Positions 60,691-64,000 of a DNA stretch of 64,000 nucleotides are shown here, in pieces. The notes under the pieces are model-generated. The model did no database searches and was not told where the DNA came from. It worked only from the letters and a program-made list of their open reading frames with translations. Numbering within the stretch: the first letter of the stretch is position 1; the number at the start of each line of letters is the position of its first letter. This stretch comes from Massalongia carnosa (lineage: Eukaryota), in the NCBI GenBank assembly GCA_965645245.1, contig OZ287068.1, forward strand, positions 310,001-374,000, given 5' to 3'. The translations under genes were made by a program, and so were the position numbers.

Positions 60691-62535
60691 ATGGCAGGGC
60701 CAGCCGATTACATGGAATGGAGTTCAGAACGGTTGATTGATCGAGTCACCTCGTTAGAAAAACAGTTGCGCGAGCAGGCTACCAGGTAAGGGTTATGGAA
60801 TGTCAATTCGTATTGCTGATCAGCTTGCAGATACGAACTTTCACAGTCCAATCGCTTCAAATCCCCATCGCCTCCGCGCAAACCCAAGAACCCTCGCGTG
60901 AACCGGGAGTTTGACCCTAGCAAATACTCCACGCGACTCATAGCGCTCAAGTTCGCCTACCTAGGGCAACGATATAACGGTCTCGAATACCACTCCAAAA
61001 ACCCGACGCCCTTGCCTACCATCGAAGAGGAACTCTGGAAAGCATTGAACAAGGCACGCTTGGTGTTCCCTACGCCAAATTCCGTTATATTAGATGGAGG
61101 GGTGAATTGGGAAGGATGCGAGTTCTCCAAATGTGGGCGGACGGATAAAGGTGTCAGTGCATTTGGACAGGTAATTGGAATTAAGGTTAGGAGCAATCGT
61201 CCCCTCAGGAAACCCCCTAGACATAGTGCTGCTTCGGAAGGCTTTGTCGATGAGGTTGAAAGACAGCCTCTAGAATCTTACAATGTCGAAAGAGCTTCAG
61301 AGTACTCGATTGTTTCAGCACCAAGGGAATCCTCAGATGATGATTCGCCCCCCTTTGACCCAATAAAAGATGAGATACCGTATGTCCGTGTCCTCAATAA
61401 TCTTTTACCATCGGATATTCGTGTTCTGGCATGGTGTGCAAACCCACCGGCCACTTTTTCTGCACGCTTCTCCTGCAAAGAGCGTCGGTATCGATATTTC
61501 TTCAGCCAACCCGCTTTCACCCCTACGTATGGCGCAGCAGGTTTGGGGCTATACGAAACGAACACGAGGCAATTCATGAGACAAAGGGAAGGTTGGCTAG
61601 ATATTGAGGCAATGAGAGAGGGCGCACGGAAATTTGAGGGACTGCATGACTTTCGGAATTTCTGCAAGGTGGATCCAAGCAAACAGATGGAGAATTTCGA
61701 AAGAAGGATTTTCCACGCGGATATTGAAGCCGTAACCCAAGGCCTTGAGTATGTGGGCTTGGCCGGGTTTCAGGGCCACCAGGATTCCTCTGCGGATGGT
61801 CAAAAACTGCAAACGGCGCCCTCATCAAGCCAAACCATCTCCCCCAAGGTCTATGTCTTCACCCTTCACGGCTCGGCATTCCTCTGGCACCAAGTCCGCC
61901 ACATGATGGCGATCCTCTTCCTCATCGGCCAAGGTCTCGAGGCACCCAGCCTTGTGGCCGAAATGCTCGACGTCCGCAAAACCCCACAAAAACCCATGTA
62001 TGAAATGGCAAGCGACGCCCCTCTTGTGCTGTGGGATTGCATCTTCCCGCGCGAGGGTGGTGATCCTCGGCAGGATGCATTGGAATGGTTGTATGTGGGT
62101 GATCCTGTAGACTCCAGCGATAGTCACGCGTCAGCTGCGGCGGGAAAAAACGATGGCAAGTTCGGACGTGGAGGGGTAGTGGACGAGATGTGGAAAGTGT
62201 GGCGGGAGCGGAAAATCGATGAGGTCCTCGCCGGGAGCCTGCTAGACATAATTGCCCGGCAGGGAACCCAAAATGTTACCATCGCAAAGTCCCGTCCGGA
62301 CGACGCCAGCAACAGAGAAAAGCCACGCGAGGTCGGCGGCAGCCAGAGAGTTTTCCAGGGTGGCAACAGCGCGCGGCCAGTCGGGCGTTATGTGCCTGTG
62401 CTGCAGAGGTCGCGCACGGAGAGCGTCGAGGCCATCAACGCGAGGTATGCGAAGCGGAAAGGGTTCGAGCTGGACGGGGAGGCGCGCGAGAGCGGGTTTC
62501 GGCGGTTTGAGCCCAGGGCTGGAAGCGTGGGTTGA
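60691..62535 (+). CDS. DEG1: tRNA pseudouridine 38/39 synthase (TruA family)
   Basis: LKFAYLGQRYNG, CGRTDKGVSAFGQV, FSARFSC, HDFRNFCK and AFLWHQVR. Intron 60786-60830. Confidence 0.92.
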
Positions 62536-63305
62536 GGCTGAACAATCTAGCTCAGGTTCATCCTGTTTTACCGCCCTTGAAGATTATCCTCTTTGTTTAT
62601 GTGTACTTTGTAATATTTCTCATGCTCTTCTCGCCCACAGGTGCTAGTTCGCCTTTTTACCTATATCTTTTGCGTCCATAACCCATTCCCATCCCCCCTT
62701 TTGGGATATGGGATTAGAAACCTAGTTGTTTTGTTATTCTATCGCTTCTCGATGGCTTTGTCTCTTGCATAGAGAGAGAGATGAGGGTAAGTGGGATAAA
62801 CAAGAAAACCCGAATAACTTGGGAGATGTTTCTAGAATGAGACGAGATGATCAATGTCTGTTTCTCTAATTTCGTTTTCATTGCTTACTTTAACTCCTAC
62901 GAACAAACAAACAAATAAATTAACAAGAAAAAGATCCCATTTGCGGCTCCTTTTTTTACCGTCTCCCCCGGCCCCAGTTTCTCTTATTTGTTTGCTTGCC
63001 TACGTGCGTGCGTGCGTACGTATGTAGGTCGAGAAGCGAAGTACGAAAGAGAGAGGGAATCTCAAGGGGTAATGGTTATTTATACCTATCCCTGAGCTTT
63101 CTGGCTTAGGTAGCTAGAATTCCCGATCCGTTTCTTGGGTCGCACACATACCCACCACCAAACGTTCCAAGTTGTGTGTCTCGTCAAAATTCTGCACGCA
63201 CGCCTAAAGGGACTGGCTCTAGCTTTGATAGCCTAAACTACTTAATAATAGCCACTACTACTACCCAGAACGCCCACCGCAGAAGCCAAAAACAACCATC
63301 TATGT

Positions 63306-64000
63306 TTATCTCTCCATCTCCATGGCTCTCGTCACGCCAGCGGCAGGCGCATGATTCGTTCCGCCCACCCGTGCGCCACATTCCGGGCACCGCGCCTCCT
63401 CCATCGGCATCCCGCACTCGCCGATGGCGAACTGTAGCGTTCACGTGTCAGTGGGTATCGTACACTTCGAAACCAAATAACCACTAGCACTGCCACTAAG
63501 GGGAGAGTAAGGATTCGGGGGGGTGGGAGGGCGAGAACTTACAGGATGGCCGTTCTGGCAATTATACCAATGACCGGAATGCGTGGCGATTCCCCCGGAG
63601 CCGCTGACCATGGCGGCTTTGATGGCGGCGGTTTCTTCCGCCGAGACGGGCTCGTACCATTCCTTCCCCAACAGCCGCAACGTCTCCTTGACGCCTTTTT
63701 GTAAGCTATCGGCGTTTTGGAAGCCTAGAACGCATAACTGCTCGGCCTCCTCTAGGTATTTCTTCGCCCGTTCGACGTATTCGGTTGACTTGTGGAGGTC
63801 GGAGCTCTTGGTGGCGAACGAGCATGACTGATAGAGCCGTGCGGTTCTACCGAAATGAATTCGGGCTTCGACGTTGAGTTTTGGGAGATTTTCCCCACTG
63901 CAGGCGGCTATGAATTGTTCGCATGACTTGAAGAGCCTTCCCGCTGATTGGTTGGGGTCGTCTCCTGGGAGTTTTATGCCAACGTTTTTGTCCAAGACGG
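63306..64000 (-). CDS. 3' end of a ZNFX1-like protein with a C-terminal RZ-type zinc finger (runs off the window)
   Basis: GHWYNCQNGHP|FAIGECGMPMEEARCPECGARVGGTNH after removing intron 63542-63432. Stop at 63306-63308. Confidence 0.85.

Overview
Eukaryotic DNA from a filamentous ascomycete (Pezizomycotina), judged from short GT-AG introns with CTRAC branch sites and fungal gene families. The window has three parts. (1) About 1-14.1 kb is an accessory/TE island. It holds an intronless dimodular NRPS (A-T-C-A-T-C) broken by one in-frame TAG in its last C domain, an internally deleted Mutator-like element with ~98-bp TIRs, a piggyBac transposase pseudogene split by a 1012-bp TG...CA solo-LTR-like insertion with a perfect 5-bp TSD, and an ankyrin pseudogene. 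(2) About 15-33 kb holds lineage-specific genes and relics: membrane proteins, an Ifi-6-16-like protein, an F-box-like protein, a spliced 68-aa secreted Cys-rich peptide that the ORF track does not show intact, a piggyBac deletion relic, a RIP-like mutated copper amine oxidase fragment and an Amidoligase_2 gene. (3) About 34-64 kb is mostly conserved genes: RPS0, mitochondrial uS15, a 988-aa disordered protein, galactose oxidase, SPB4, DGK1, Arp11/Ro7, YEN1/GEN1, an atypical Rho-like GTPase, DEG1/PUS3 and the 3' end of a ZNFX1-like RZ-finger gene. I recognised no tRNA, rRNA or CRISPR. All family calls come from reading motifs by eye; no searches were run.
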